Shown in pieces: positions 8,698 to 21,406 of a stretch of 29,848 nt of DNA (position 1 is the first letter of the stretch; each line of letters opens with the position of its first letter). The stretch comes from Macrostomum lignano. Its lineage: Eukaryota. The position numbers and the translations under genes were made by a program. The notes beneath the pieces are model-generated. The model was not told where the DNA came from and did not search any database. It saw only the letters and a program-made list of their open reading frames with translations. The DNA is taken from positions 1-29,848 of the forward strand of contig NIVC01003959.1 of assembly GCA_002269645.1 (NCBI GenBank), in the 5' to 3' direction.

Positions 8698-9987
8698 TAC
8701 GGACAAGCAATAGAAAGATGCCTTTAGATTAGAAGTGAAGGGTCAGTGAAAAATTGAAATTCAAATTCAAAATACAAAAACAAAAAACTAACCTGACGAG
8801 CGAGTTGAAGCCGATGTGCGACAGGTTGAGCCTCACGAACTGCGTCTCAATTGTCGGAATCTGGACGCCGTCGGGTCCGATGTCGATCGGTGTGTTGTTG
8901 AGGGCCGGCATGACGGTCGGGTTGGCGAGGTTCAGCATGCTCGAGTTGAAGGTGTAGAAGGCGAGCATTGATGAGGCCCAGGTGCGCGCTTTGTGCCACA
9001 TGCTGCAGCCTTGGACGCCGTGGAGGCGGCTGTTCAGGTAGAGGCTGAGCGATCCCTCGAAGCAGCCGGACGCGTTGAAGACGAAGAACTCGCAGGTCGG
9101 ACGCGACGCGCAGGCGTGGGCGCAAACGTCCAGGTGATGCGGCTGCGACCAAGCGAGGCGGAGCACAGGCGGGACATTGGCGGCTGCAGTGTGGGTGCAC
9201 CAGGTCTCGCTGGAGAAGTGGCTTCGCCAACGGACCGACACGGCGAGAGGCGAGAAGTCCGCGGCTGGGGCGGCGGCAGCGATGTGGGCGAAGTAGGCGG
9301 AGGCGTTGAGCGGCAGGCAGCGGACGGCGGATCCGGCGGCTTCGGGAGCGGCGGCCGCGTCGAGAATCGGCGCGAACATTGAGCCGTCCGCCGCCAGCCG
9401 CGTGCACCAGCGGGAGCAGAGGAGCTCGGCCAGACTGACCGCTGCTCCAGTTGAGTTCGAGGCAATGATGAATGTTGCTTCAATTAGGTGGTCTGGTTGG
9501 CAGAATTCTGTCATTGGAATTGAGGGGAGAGTAGACTTCATTGCATGTTTGTTATGTTGCAAGCATATTGTTGTTGGATTATTTAACTCTAAACACTGTT
9601 CTAGTCAAAAAACGTTTACAATGTCCTGTCTGCAAACGCACCGTTCAAAGTTTGGTTGATCTTGTCCTTTGTAGAAATCTTCTGGCAGTTTCCCAGCCTC
9701 CAAGAGACTGAGAAACTGAGCACCAGCTGCTGACGAAACCCGCCAACCGGGCCAAGAGACTCGCGCGAACAGGCCAAACAGCCGGCTGTTTTGTCGCACT
9801 CGGCGGCGCACTCGATCTGGCTGGCATTTGCTGCGACAGGGACTACTGAGGCTTCTGGTACTTCCGCGCTTGCGAGGCACACACCGTCAAGCAAGTCGTC
9901 GCTCTGCCAAAGCGACAAGCGACTGTTGCTGTGCGCTGACACCAGCTGCTGTGCAAGCAGTGGTAGAAAAATAAGCAGGCAGTGCAT
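8082..9987 (-). CDS. Paralogue B: secreted PAN/apple-like repeat + LamG/ConA-like domain protein, 509 aa (exons 9987-9642, 9507-8793, 8550-8082)
   Basis: Signal peptide MHCLLIFLPLLAQQLVSA; PAN-like IECAAECDKTAGCLAC and CAHACASRPTCEFFVFNASGC; LamG-like domain from MLAFYTFN to FKEMLTVEQVKEL. Introns 9641-9508 (GTGCGT..ACAG) and 8792-8551 (GTTAGT..GCAG) give 346+715+469 = 1530 nt in one continuous frame. Confidence 0.88.
8604..8697. repeat. (GATA)n microsatellite in intron 2 of paralogue B
   Basis: About 23 perfect tetranucleotide units; absent from the homologous intron of paralogue A. Confidence 0.98.
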
Positions 9988-11420
9988 GAAAAGTTTTCTT
10001 TCTGGACTCAGACACGAAAAGCGCTGCTGCCAGCCGAGGTTTTACATGCGATTGCAGGAAGAGTTGGAAGCACTGGGCTCTCTACCAATCGCATGGAAGA
10101 CGATATTTGAATTAAAGTCACTTATTTGGTTTGCTATATTGGAGTTCCAAGCCCGGGGTTGCAAAAAGTACGAGATGCAGTTTCTCGCAAAGTTGCAACA
10201 TCTACAGCGAGTATCTTTATGACTGATGGCAGGCCTGGCTTCCGAGTACAACACGTACTTCAAAATACGAGCGAAAGTGTTTTAATAACTCGTACTAGCA
10301 GCAATATTTTATATTGCCCTAGCTGATGGGTTGTTGTTCCTCAAGTAGCTTTTGGTAATCGATGTCACTGGGATTTATCATGACAGCCGTAATTTCCCTG
10401 TCAAGGCAAGAGCGCCTTACATTTCACTTTCACTATTATGAACCAAGCTTATACTAACTAGCTAGTCCAGTTTTGAAACTGCCGTTGAAACACTTGTCCG
10501 AACCGATGGCTTGAAGTTACGGGTGAGTCAGAGAGTAACACTCGTGTTTCATGGAAATTTAATTGAAGACCGAATTAGTTGAAGATTGAATTTTACCGTG
10601 GAAAAGAACAAGCGAGATAAAAAAACACAGTTTAACCACTTACTGGACATTTTCTAGATTTCTGCTTTCTTGCGGCGATCCCATGAAGCTAGCATGAGCT
10701 TGATCAGAGCTGACGTTAAACGTTTATCAACTTACCGGCTTGTAAAATTCAGGAACAATGGTTACTGGAGACGGAAAAACGTGAAGGACACGAATTTCAA
10801 ACGACTGAAAGATAAAATACCAAAAATGTAGGCGCGTGCTACTTTTTTCACCTAACAGCTTTCTAAACAGTTTGATGAGTTGTAAGTGCTACGTAATGGC
10901 TGTAAATGACGAGGCATATATTGAATACTGTATATACTTTCCCTCAGGCACGACCACAGATACTATAATAACTATTATTATAGTATCTGTGGGCACGACA
11001 GCCATTAGTTTCGGCCATTACTCCTCAGTTGCTTCCATAAATGCACATTTACTGATTTGCGAAATAATTACTACCTAGCAATATGCAATTTCAAGTGATG
11101 CGTAGCTCAGAAGCGAGACATATACGAGTATAGAAGATTGTGGAGGTGTGGAGGACTTTATGGTTGTGAATCCGGCAGTTTACTTGCGAGAAACACGTAA
11201 GCAGGTGCCACGTAAAAGAAGACTCAAAGCGTGAGGTAAATGCTAGAGTTTCAGAACATTGCCCAACGCTATAAACTCATCATTCCACACTTCAAAATCG
11301 TCCATTATTTAAGGCTACTAAAAGTACGAGCTAAATTACTCAGCCAATGTGTTCATACCTCATGGTTTTAGTATGGTCAAGGATTGATTTAAGTCACTTG
11401 TGACTTCGCCACTCAAGAAA

Positions 11421-12829
11421 AACTCCACAACCAAAGACACAATCGAATCATTACCATTGTCTAACTCCACAACCAAAGACACAATCTAAACAGTACCAAT
11501 GCCTAACTCCACAACCAAAGACACAATTTAAACATTACTAATGTCTAACTCCACAACCAAAGACACAATCTAAACATTACTAATGTTTAACTCCACAACC
11601 AAAGACACAATCTAAACATTACTAATGTTAACTCCACAACCAAAGACACAATCTAAACATTACAATGCCTAACTCCACAACCAAAGACACAATCTAAACA
11701 TTACTAATGTTTAACTCTACAACCAAAGACACAATCTAAACATTACTAATGTTTAACTCCACAACCAAAGACACAATCTAAACATTACTAATGTTTAACT
11801 CCACAACCAAAGACACAATCTAAACATTACTAATGTTTAACTCTACAACCAAAGACACAATCTAAACATTACTAATGTCTAACTCCACAACCAAAGACAC
11901 AATCTAAACATTACCAATGCCTAACTCCACAACCAAAGACACAATCTAAACATTACTAATGTTTAACTCCACAACCAAAGACACAATCTAAACATTACTA
12001 ATGTCTAACTCCACAACCAAAGACACAATCTAAACATTACTAATGTTTAACTCTACAACCAAAGACACAATCTAAACATTACTAATGTTTAACTCCACAA
12101 CCAAAGACACAATCTAAACATTACTAATGTTTAACTCCACAACCAAAGACACAATCTAAACATTACCAATGCCTAACTCCACAACCAAAGACACAATCTA
12201 AACATTACTAATGTTTAACTCTACAACCAAAGACACAATCTAAACATTACTAATGTTTAACTCCACAACCAAAGACACAATCTAAACATTACTAATGTTT
12301 AACTCCACAACCAAAGACACAATCTAAACATTACTAATGTTTAACTCTACAACCAAAGACACAATCTAAACATTACTAATGTTTAACTCCACAACCAAAG
12401 ACACAATCTAAACATTACTAATGTTTAACTCTACAACCAAAGACACAATCTAAACATTACTAATGTTTAACTCCACAACCAAAGACACAATCTAAACATT
12501 ACTAATGTTTAACTCTACAACCAAAGACACAATCTAAACATTACTAATGTTTAACTCTACAACCAAAGACACAATCTAAACATTACTAATGTCTAACTCT
12601 ACAACCAAAGACACAATCTAAACATTACTAATGTTTAACTCTACAACCAAAGACACAATCTAAACATTACTAATGTTTAACTCTACAACCAAAGACACAA
12701 TCTAAACATTACTAATGTTTAACTCTACAACCAAAGACACAATCTAAACATTACTAATGTTTAACTCTACAACCAAAGACACAATCTAAACATTACTAAT
12801 GTTTAACTCCACAACCAAAGACATAATCT
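11421..12829. repeat. 42-bp minisatellite (AACTCCACAACCAAAGACACAATCTAAACATTACTAATGTTT), ~33 copies
   Basis: Directly visible tandem array. The consensus unit has stops in all six frames and there are no unique spacers. Confidence 0.98.
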
Positions 12830-13782
12830 GCCATAGCTGCATGGCTGCTCATAGTTTGAATTGGAAACCGGAACGAGGCATTCAAGCCATTAAACCATTT
12901 GTTAATGCATTTTTTGCTTTCAAAGGTTGTCTGTCATTATCTGACAAAACTTGTTTTGATTCTGTGAAGACTAGTTCCTTTCAATTCTTTTAAACTCATT
13001 TTTGGTTTGGAGATTGAAAATGAAGACCAGTGTTGATGCTCTGCGATTTTTGAGTCGCCAGTAGCAACTGCCACCTGCTGCAGGCTCAGAAAGCAAGTGG
13101 GCAGTTTTTTAGATTCGAGTCACACTTCATCCGGTTGAATTGTGCGCAGCTTTTGCACCGCAGTCTAACAAAGGATGAAGGTTTCAATTGTCTCAATTAA
13201 ATCCATTGATTTGCTTCCGTTCACTTCCTGCAGAAAAATTCATTGGGAAAGAGTTTTCTGCTCGTCATCAAGAGCTCTAATAGCTAGACTTCAATAGGGA
13301 ATTCGCAAGAATGAATATTTGAGAATAGCGATTCAATGCAATTGTTCCAGACGGGCAAGTTTTATGTTATCGCGAGAGAGTATCGGGAGATTATCATGAG
13401 CTTAAATGTTGCCTAAGTTCTCAATTTGCAAGTGCTCAGTAGAAAACTTCAGTTGAATGAAACAACTAAGCAGAACTTTAGCTCCATTCAACTTCAACTT
13501 CAAGTTGAAAATTCAACGCCGCGAGAACAAGCGAGGCCTAAAAAGGTACAGCACACAACCACCCACCCCAATGCCGCAAACCCACCCCCCACGGGTGGAG
13601 CCAAACAACCCCTCCTAGCCAATCGCAAACGCCGGTTAGTCCAGGCCGTGCAAGCCGGCTAGGCAAACCGGTCATTTGTACAAAAACTGAGAGGCGAAAG
13701 CGTTGCAGAGCTTCAATAGATATCTTCTTGAAACTGCAGATCCTGATAAGTCCATCATGCATGTATAAGTATGGGTGATGGG

Positions 13783-14317
13783 CCCGGGGGGGTCTTTCTC
13801 GAAAGCAACTTACGATCGACCATAGACGTAAGTTGGGTAAGCTACACTTACGGGTTGCTCGAAGGGCTCGCAAGTTAGCTTTGCGTAAGATTGATCGCAA
13901 CTTTACGAGTTCGTAATTTTGCGCAAAAGACTGTTTCTCGAAACGTTCGTTTGTCTATGGTCTTTCGTAAGGTTGATCTTAACCCTACGACTGCTCGGTA
14001 TCAGTCGTAAGACGCACTTAAGCACTAATCGCATAGTACGTGAAGATTTAGTCAAGCCAAGTCAAGTTAAACTTTATCGAAGGTGGGTCTTTCTCGAAAG
14101 CAACTTACGATAGACTAAGTAAAGATATTTGCAGATTTATGACCATAGACATGCAGCTTTTCGTTTCAGATACGATTTATGAACAGCGTAAGCCACGCAA
14201 AGTCTAAGTGAGTTTTGAGAAAGCGTCTTACGAGCAAACTTACGCTACACGTAAATTTCTTTCTTACGATCTAACTTACCATAGAACTTACGTGAGTTTC
14301 GAGAAACACCCCCCGGG
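13783..14317. mobile_element. MITE-like non-autonomous DNA transposon with TIRs CCCGGGGGG(G)T(C/G)TTTCTCGAAA
   Basis: Left end 13783-13804 and right end 14297-14317 are inverted. The interior is rich in CTTACG/CGTAAG motifs, and an extra direct copy of the left end sits at ~14085. No clear TSD, so the superfamily (possibly PIF/Harbinger) is not established. Confidence 0.65.
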
Positions 14318-14646
14318 TGTCGAACAAGTCGAAACGGCCACTGCAAACCGCTGATGAGTTTATAGCAATGCTGCAAGTATATAGCGATGGATGCAGCAAA
14401 CGTAACTCAAATTCTGTGCGCCTGCGAGACCTTACGCGAACAGTAAGGGCCTGCCCAAAGTGCAATTTGGGGGTTTAAAGTGAAGTTCACTCCAAGTTTA
14501 AGTGTGGTTGGAACTTTTATAGTGATCCAATGATAAATTTCAACAGAAGATCTCAGAAAAGTTTCGAATTTAATTCGTAAATAACTGACTGCAGAGGATA
14601 AAGTATCTTATACCAAAAAATGTGCTTGAGCCGATTCTGGAATACT

Positions 14647-14870
14647 CAGGGGCGTCGCCATGGATTTTATGGTAGGGGACAAAGTCAAGAATTCTGCGTG
14701 TACATGTACGTGACTAAATTTCTACATGTACATTATCTGTGTTGTCAGCGCTCATTTTGGCGCCGCTGGCACTCATTTTGGCTTCGGAGGCGCTATATTT
14801 TGTCGCCATGAAGCAAAATTATTGATTTCCATAACGGGTCACGAACGAGGTAGGGTTGGCGACGCCCCTG
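14647..14870. mobile_element. hAT-type MITE, 224 bp
   Basis: Perfect 14-bp TIRs CAGGGGCGTCGCCA / TGGCGACGCCCCTG and a perfect 8-bp TSD GGAATACT (14639-14646 and 14871-14878). Confidence 0.92.
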
Positions 14871-16116
14871 GGAATACTGTTGGGGTACGCGATTTTACGA
14901 GTAGTTTAAGTTTTTAATTATTATTAAAATTATTGTAAATTATTATTTTTCTTTTTTTGCCTTTTTCTATTTTTCTTTCGCTATAATAATTTAGTCGTGT
15001 CGCTCAAACATTATTTAAAATGATAAAATGGCACCATTTGCCATGAACATAAAAAAAGTAACAAGTAATAGTAATAATATTATTAATAATAATAAGATTA
15101 ATGATAATAAATATATCTATCCACCCCGCCAAATATTTGCATTAGCTTAAATGGAATAATTATCTGTGATCTGTGCAAAATACATATACGTACGATGCAC
15201 TTGTTTGGTTTTCACAATGGCTTTGTTACACAACAGTCGGAAACTCGCGCGCTCATATTTCGGCGGTTATTCAACTCAGATAAACAATCCACCATTGCTG
15301 AAGAAAGAAAAACCAAAGTATCCAAAGCTAACATGCAGAGCTGTTTTCACGCCAACAGATGGGCTCTCTGTCTCAGCTGCTTGGGGACATAAGCTATTGT
15401 GTGGAATGTTTACTTGGAATCTTTAGCTAATGGATCGAGAAGAGCAGACAAAACAGAGCCACAACAGTGTTTCTCCTGCACTTGGGGCAAAAATATTGCG
15501 GGAGCTATAAATTGCATCAGATGGTTTTTAACTTTGGATACTAGGTTGTGTCTGGGCTGTGATTGTCCTGATATAATAGTATTGTCATGCATCTGCCCTG
15601 CTGAAAAACTTGTCGAGAATTATTGTTAATTTGTTTTACCGATTGCTTAGTGTTGCAACACCGGAAAAAAGATTTAGTCAAGGAAAATACGACTAAATTA
15701 TTCCAATGAAGGAATTATGCGAATTATGCGACAATACTTTAAGTTCCCTAGAAAATTGACGATTAAAATGCTCCGGAATTCTAATAGAGACCCCGCACGT
15801 ACGTACATGTATCTACACACGCAGTCTTGTTGAAAGTCTGTTGAAATTTATCAGACGAACAGGTACAGCTGATCGAGTAAATAGGTTTTCCTCTTTCAAC
15901 GATCTTGAATTGTTGTCTTCTGTTGTCAGAGAGAGACTGCTAAATATTATTATCATCAAGACGGCACTGCATGCCTTACAGCCTTAATAAAATGTACGAA
16001 ACTATAGTATCTGCACCTAAGTATAGTGCCTATACACACTAATTTTTAAGAGTAGGGTTTCTGTCTCATCCTCGTGTTTCTGAATGGAGTGAAAAGCAGT
16101 TTGATGAATATGAAAA

Positions 16117-16318
<202 letters not shown>

Positions 16319-17799
16319 GAAGAACAGGTCGAGAAAAACTACAGCATAGACAACTGAAGCTGGACCCAAGGACTTAAGTCGTCCTTGAGTTCGGCAATGG
16401 GGAACAGATTAATACAAATAGAAAACGCAGTATAGAAAACGATTAATGTATTGTTAGCTATGAATATAAAGGTGCTTTTTAATATTGTAGCTGGAATTTT
16501 ATTAGGTCATAAAGTTCTGATTGAAAAATGTAAAATGCGACACATTTTACGTCCTTAGCAAGGACCACTATAATTACAACTGTTGTACTACAGTGCAGGG
16601 GTCTTTGGTTCCCAGTTCTGCATTCCAGCTTTAATGCACTTAGCTTTGCGATCGAAAAAGCTTATTTTAAACAAATGAATCAATGATTATTCATTCGCTT
16701 TGCATAAAACAAGAATTTTTGATGGGCTCCCAAGTAATGTCTTCTCAACGCACTTTAATTCAATAAAATACAATTTTTTGTTAACATTAGCGTTTAGAAT
16801 GCAAAAGTTCTCTGAAAAATCACAACAAAACACCATGCAATCGCAAATGCCTGAATGAGTGAGTGAATAAAACGATTCAGTTCGCAGTAGAGATGTTAGT
16901 TATAGTAGAAAAATTACGAATGCTAGGTCTCATATTATCGTTCATATCAAACTGTAATACATCGAGGTTTCTCTTGCTGGTAGTGGTAGGGCCTGTTCTT
17001 GCTGGGCTCTAGCTTCGAAGCAGCGCAGGCCCTGTTGCTGTTAATAGTAGGCCTAATTTATTATACTAAGCCAGACTAGACATGCTAGAGAGCTTGTGGC
17101 CACCATGTGTCATGCATATGACGCGGTCTGACCACTCTGACACCATGCAATGTTGGCCCTGCCCCTTGGCATTGTCTATCAGCTAATTGCATTCAATAAA
17201 AAGCCTTAAACATTGTAATGCCAATGGATAGTGATACAGTGCTACTACTACGAGACCCCCTAGTACTAGCCAACTAACACTAAGCCCAAGCCCTAAACTT
17301 AGCTGCCAACATCTAATAATATAATGATATAATCTAGGGAGCTAGTTGTAGTAGGCATATTTACTTCTATATAGACCCTGTGCAGCTGCGCTATGCATGC
17401 CATAGGCCTAGGTGGGCTTTCTATAGCCCTAAATATTTTTGTTAAGTTATTTTATAGGCCTATATTAAAACAAAAATCATGCAATTTTATAATAAATATA
17501 GTATAATGAAATTATTCCTTTGCTTTAAGCCTTTATAAATTATCAAATAGATCTATAGTATAGCTATCTATATGGCTATAAGCTAAATTAAGTCTAAACA
17601 TATTAAAAGGCCTATTATTTTTACAAAATCTAATTTTTTAAGTCTTTTTGGCTTTATATATAGGCCCAACCCAAGTTATGCTTGTCTTAAAGCCATTGAA
17701 GCTAGGCTATTTTACTTTTTATTTTATAAATAAATGAATAGGCCTAGGCTAAGCCTAGACTTTATCTGGCTTTGACATTGTAGGCCTAAGCCTTAGCCT

Positions 17800-19920
17800 G
17801 GTGACCAGTCATTTTGTCAAAAAACTTTTCCTCAAAAGCCTTTTCTTCAAAAAGTCATTTGGTTATTTCGTCAAAAGCCTTTTTGTCAAATAGTCATTTT
17901 GTCAGTGTTGTAAACAGATACTGTAGAAGTATAACACTTGTTTTAAGGGATGTTTCTAAGAAAAACTATTTTAATTTTTAAAACTTCTTTTTCATTTCAA
18001 AGCAAGTGCTTCTAAGAAACACACCTATTTTTATACTCTTTATTGCGTCAAAAATATTATTACATATAAAGGCAAAGCAATAGTTGATTATTGATTATTC
18101 AAAATCAAAGTTGTTGTCAGTATATTTGTTGGCAAAATATTGAAACAAATTGTACCATGGTGTCAATTTTTATGACAACAATAGTAGTATAATAATAGTA
18201 ATAATAGTAATTTCACAAAGTAAAATACTGTGTCCATGCACAAAGCTAAGGGAAAAAGTTGCAAAATTAAAAATGCAATTCAAAGTTCAAAGATACTATT
18301 GCAAAGTAAAATCAATCGCCACTGCCAATTAGAGCAGCCTAGTCGCTGAGCAACTATGCAGCCACCAGTGTAGTATACCTACCATGCTTCTCGCAGCCTT
18401 GCCTTGCACTGGCAGAATTCAACTTGCAAGCGCTGCTGAGTTGCAGGAGCTATGCCCCTGGCAACTAGGCCTAGCGATACCTCTTTTGCCTGGTTGTACA
18501 GAAGGTTTGCTAGGCAGTACAGGTTAAGGTTGCGCATACTGGCACATTTTGTGAAGCCAGAGTGCCAGCCTTCACATGCGTTATTTGTCCACTCTGTCTT
18601 ATTAAAGGCAGACAGCTCCACCAAAGTCCACACAGAGCTTTCAAGCCATTTGTGGCCTACATAGTCATACAGAGCCATCATTTTTCCAGTGGAGGCTGGA
18701 GGTCGAAGGCTATCAAATGCCGCACGCATATTGTGCGCCAGCAAATATAGCAGGGCCATCAGTTTTTGGCAGAAACTTCTTACATCTGGCTGGTGTTTAT
18801 AAGCAGGCGCTAAGCCAACAGTGCCATTTCAAACTGTATACCTCCAATACTTGCTGCCTTTATATCCTCTATTCCTACCCAAGCTGTAGCCATGAGACGA
18901 GACAAGAAGGTTTGCATTCCTTGCACTAGTGCCTGGTGCAACATGGAATTGCTTAGGACCTTCGTCTTTGTCATCATCACCAAAGCCCATAGGTGGTAGC
19001 AGCTCTGGTAGAGAGGCAAGCAGCTCTGGTGGAGAGGCAGGCAGCTCTGGTGGAGAGGCAGGCAGCTCTGGCAGGAAGGAGTTCTGGCAGGAAGGCATTA
19101 ATAAAGTCCAATAATGGAAAAATTAGAAAAACAAAAAATGTACATATACAGAGTAGCCAAAACTCATATCAGTAGGCCATCCAGTGCACATCCCCAGCAC
19201 CATTTGAATTCAAATAGGTGTAGACACAATGGCTAGCATAGACGCTGGGGCTGGCACAGGCACAGTGGCAGGTACAGACTGGCATTTCCAGCAGATAAAC
19301 TCAAACTCTTCTGCTACCTTCTGCAGTCTGCTATACTCCTGCATGCTGATGCCTGTCTTGTAGGTAATATGGTACTATTTACCACAGGCATCACAGTCAA
19401 TTGCTGGGTTAGAATTTCTCACTGCCTTTCTACACTCAGGACAGTGAGATATCTGCCTTGTTTGTGGCATAAAAAAATTAATAATTGTCAATTGCGCAGC
19501 CGATCAAAATAATCTCTACCTATAAAAATAACCAAAATTATGCTAAAATGAATATTTTATAAATTAGCTAATCAAATAATCATAAAATAAAATTAAGAAC
19601 TAAATGACAAGAGTAAAAATCAAGAGCTAAAAGCATAATTACAATAAAATGACTATTTATTTCATGCAATCAGCTAAGCAAAAAAGTAAAAAGCAATTAC
19701 TTTTTGAATATATGCATGTTTTTTAGAAACAATTCACTTAAAAATTAGTTGTAAAGTCGTTTAGATATATTTTATCCTAAATTGTTTACTTCAAAATTAT
19801 TTTCACTTTAATTTAAAATAAAAGCTCGATTTTATCTTAAACCATTTGACAAAAAAACCAAATGACTTTTTGAAGAAAAGGCTTTTGATGAAAAGGTTTT
19901 TGATGAAATGACCTGGAACC
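17800..19920 (-). mobile_element. Internally deleted Mutator-like (MULE) DNA transposon
   Basis: Imperfect TIRs of ~75 bp (GGTGACCAGTCATTTTGTCAAAA... vs reverse complement GGTTCCAGGTCATTTCATCAAAA..., sharing TCAAAAGCCTTTTCTTCAAAAAGTCATTTGGTT). TSD CTTAGCCT at 17792-17799 and 19921-19928 (9 bp CCTTAGCCT if the right end is 19919). Transposase remnants lie inside. Confidence 0.9.
18379..19470 (-). pseudogene. PHD finger - FLYWCH - MULE transposase remnant
   Basis: From ATG 19470: CPECRKAV..AIDCDACGK*YH..TGIS..FICWKC (PHD-like). At 18950-18825: LLVSSHGYSL..KYWRYTV (FLYWCH-like). At 18815-18379: FCQKLMAL..YDYVGHKWL..TNNACEGWH (MULE C-terminal part). Premature stops are present and the core is missing. 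Confidence 0.85.
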
Positions 19921-20050
19921 CTTAGCCTAGCCTGGGCTAAATTATCAATAGAATGTTTTACATTTCATATTTTTTTAATTTTTGATAAAACTTTTTTGAA
20001 CCAATTTTTATGTCCAGTATAATATGATAATTTTATGTTTTAGCAATCTA

Positions 20051-21406
20051 CTAGCAATCTTGTATGGCCCCCTTTGGCCTATGGGCGCCCAATAAGCAAG
20101 GAGCAAAAATAGTTCATGGAAAAAATTAAAAAAAGCACATTTTCTTAAATACCAATTTTTTCTTCACTTTTAAAAATCACTTTATTGGAGTAAAAATTTT
20201 CACATTCAAAAACGTTTGCTATGAATCTCTTTTTTCTAAAATTAACAAATAGACAAACAGAATATAGCTTTCACAAAGATAATAGACATTCCCCCTAGAT
20301 AGAAAATATTCCCAAGACAGCAAGTACCCCCTCCAAAAGTAAGCAACTGCAAATAGCAAATATCCCCCAGATATTAAGAGAATCCTTGGCTTAACCCTTG
20401 GCTTATCAAACTAAACAATTCTTGGTTTATTAAGTATAGAAATCCTTGGCTTATCAAACAAAGTAATCCTTGGCTTATCAAGTGCAAAAATCTTTGGTTT
20501 ATCAAGCGCAGTAATCCTTGGCTTATCAAGCAAAGTAATCCTTGCCTTATCAAGTGCAGTAATTCTTGGTTTATCAAGTGCAATAATCCTTGGTTTATCA
20601 AGTGCAGTAATCCTTGGCTTATCAAGCGAAGTAATCCTTGGTTTATCAAGTGCAGTAATTCTTGGTTTATTAAGTGCGGAATCCTTAGCTTATCAAACAA
20701 AGTAATCCTTGGTTTATCAAGTGTAGAAATCTTTGGTCTATCTTATAATTCTTGGTTTATCAAGTGCAAAAGTCCTTGGTCTATCAAGTGCAGTAATCCT
20801 TGGTTTATCAAGCGCATAAAAAGAAAATTTTACTACTTTTATACTCTTTATACTCTTTTACACTACTAAGATTCAAACCCAGGTTGCTGCATTAGCAGTC
20901 TAATCTGTTTACCTCTAGTCTAGCTCTCATTGAATTTATAAATGAATTTGTAGCACTTATAATTCAACACTCACACCAAGTCAATTGAGTAAAAGTTACA
21001 CAAAGCAGCTATGGCATAATTAATTTCTTAGGCAAGTTAGTACTAGTTTCTATTAAAGTTAAGCAATGTGGTTATACAATATAAATCAAGTTATGGGCTA
21101 TGCTTCCACACTGTGTTTTCAATACTGTGATACAATTCAATTCAGTGTCAAAATTCGGCTAGTATACAGACAATAAATAAAAGCCTGGTGTGATGTCATT
21201 TAAGAATTAGAATTCAACTAGTCAGTTTTTTCTCTAGCATTCTTACAATGCATTTTAATTTGAAAGAGCTGCTTGACCCTTGCAAAAAGCATGTTTTTTA
21301 TATTTAATCCCTTTGACATTGAGCAATTTCTTAGCCAAGATGCATGTACTGTCACAGAAAAATTTCTAATTGAACAATGCAAGTTCAAACAAAATTGGTT
21401 AAGCCA
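20051..21406 (-). mobile_element. Helitron-like non-autonomous element, copy 1
   Basis: Minus-strand 3' end AAGATTGCTAG|T at 20051 is identical to that of copy 3. 20860-21406 is an inverted, diverged copy of 21505-21995, and 20220-20370 is homologous to 23830-23960. Confidence 0.6.
20381..20815. repeat. 24-bp minisatellite (AATCCTTGGTTTATCAAGTGCAGT), ~18 copies, inside Helitron-like copy 1
   Basis: Directly visible degenerate tandem array. Confidence 0.95.

Noticed and set aside
8173-8706. 177-aa ORF with IYLS repeats
   Set aside because: It is the (GATA)n intron read through into an off-frame part of exon 3.
461-9659. Many antisense and alternative-frame ORFs over genes A and B
   Set aside because: Shadow ORFs of GC-rich coding sequence; the paralogue-conserved frame accounts for the signal.
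11421-12829. CRISPR array (palindrome-containing repeat of CRISPR-like length)
   Set aside because: Units are contiguous with no unique spacers, there are no cas genes, and the context is eukaryotic.
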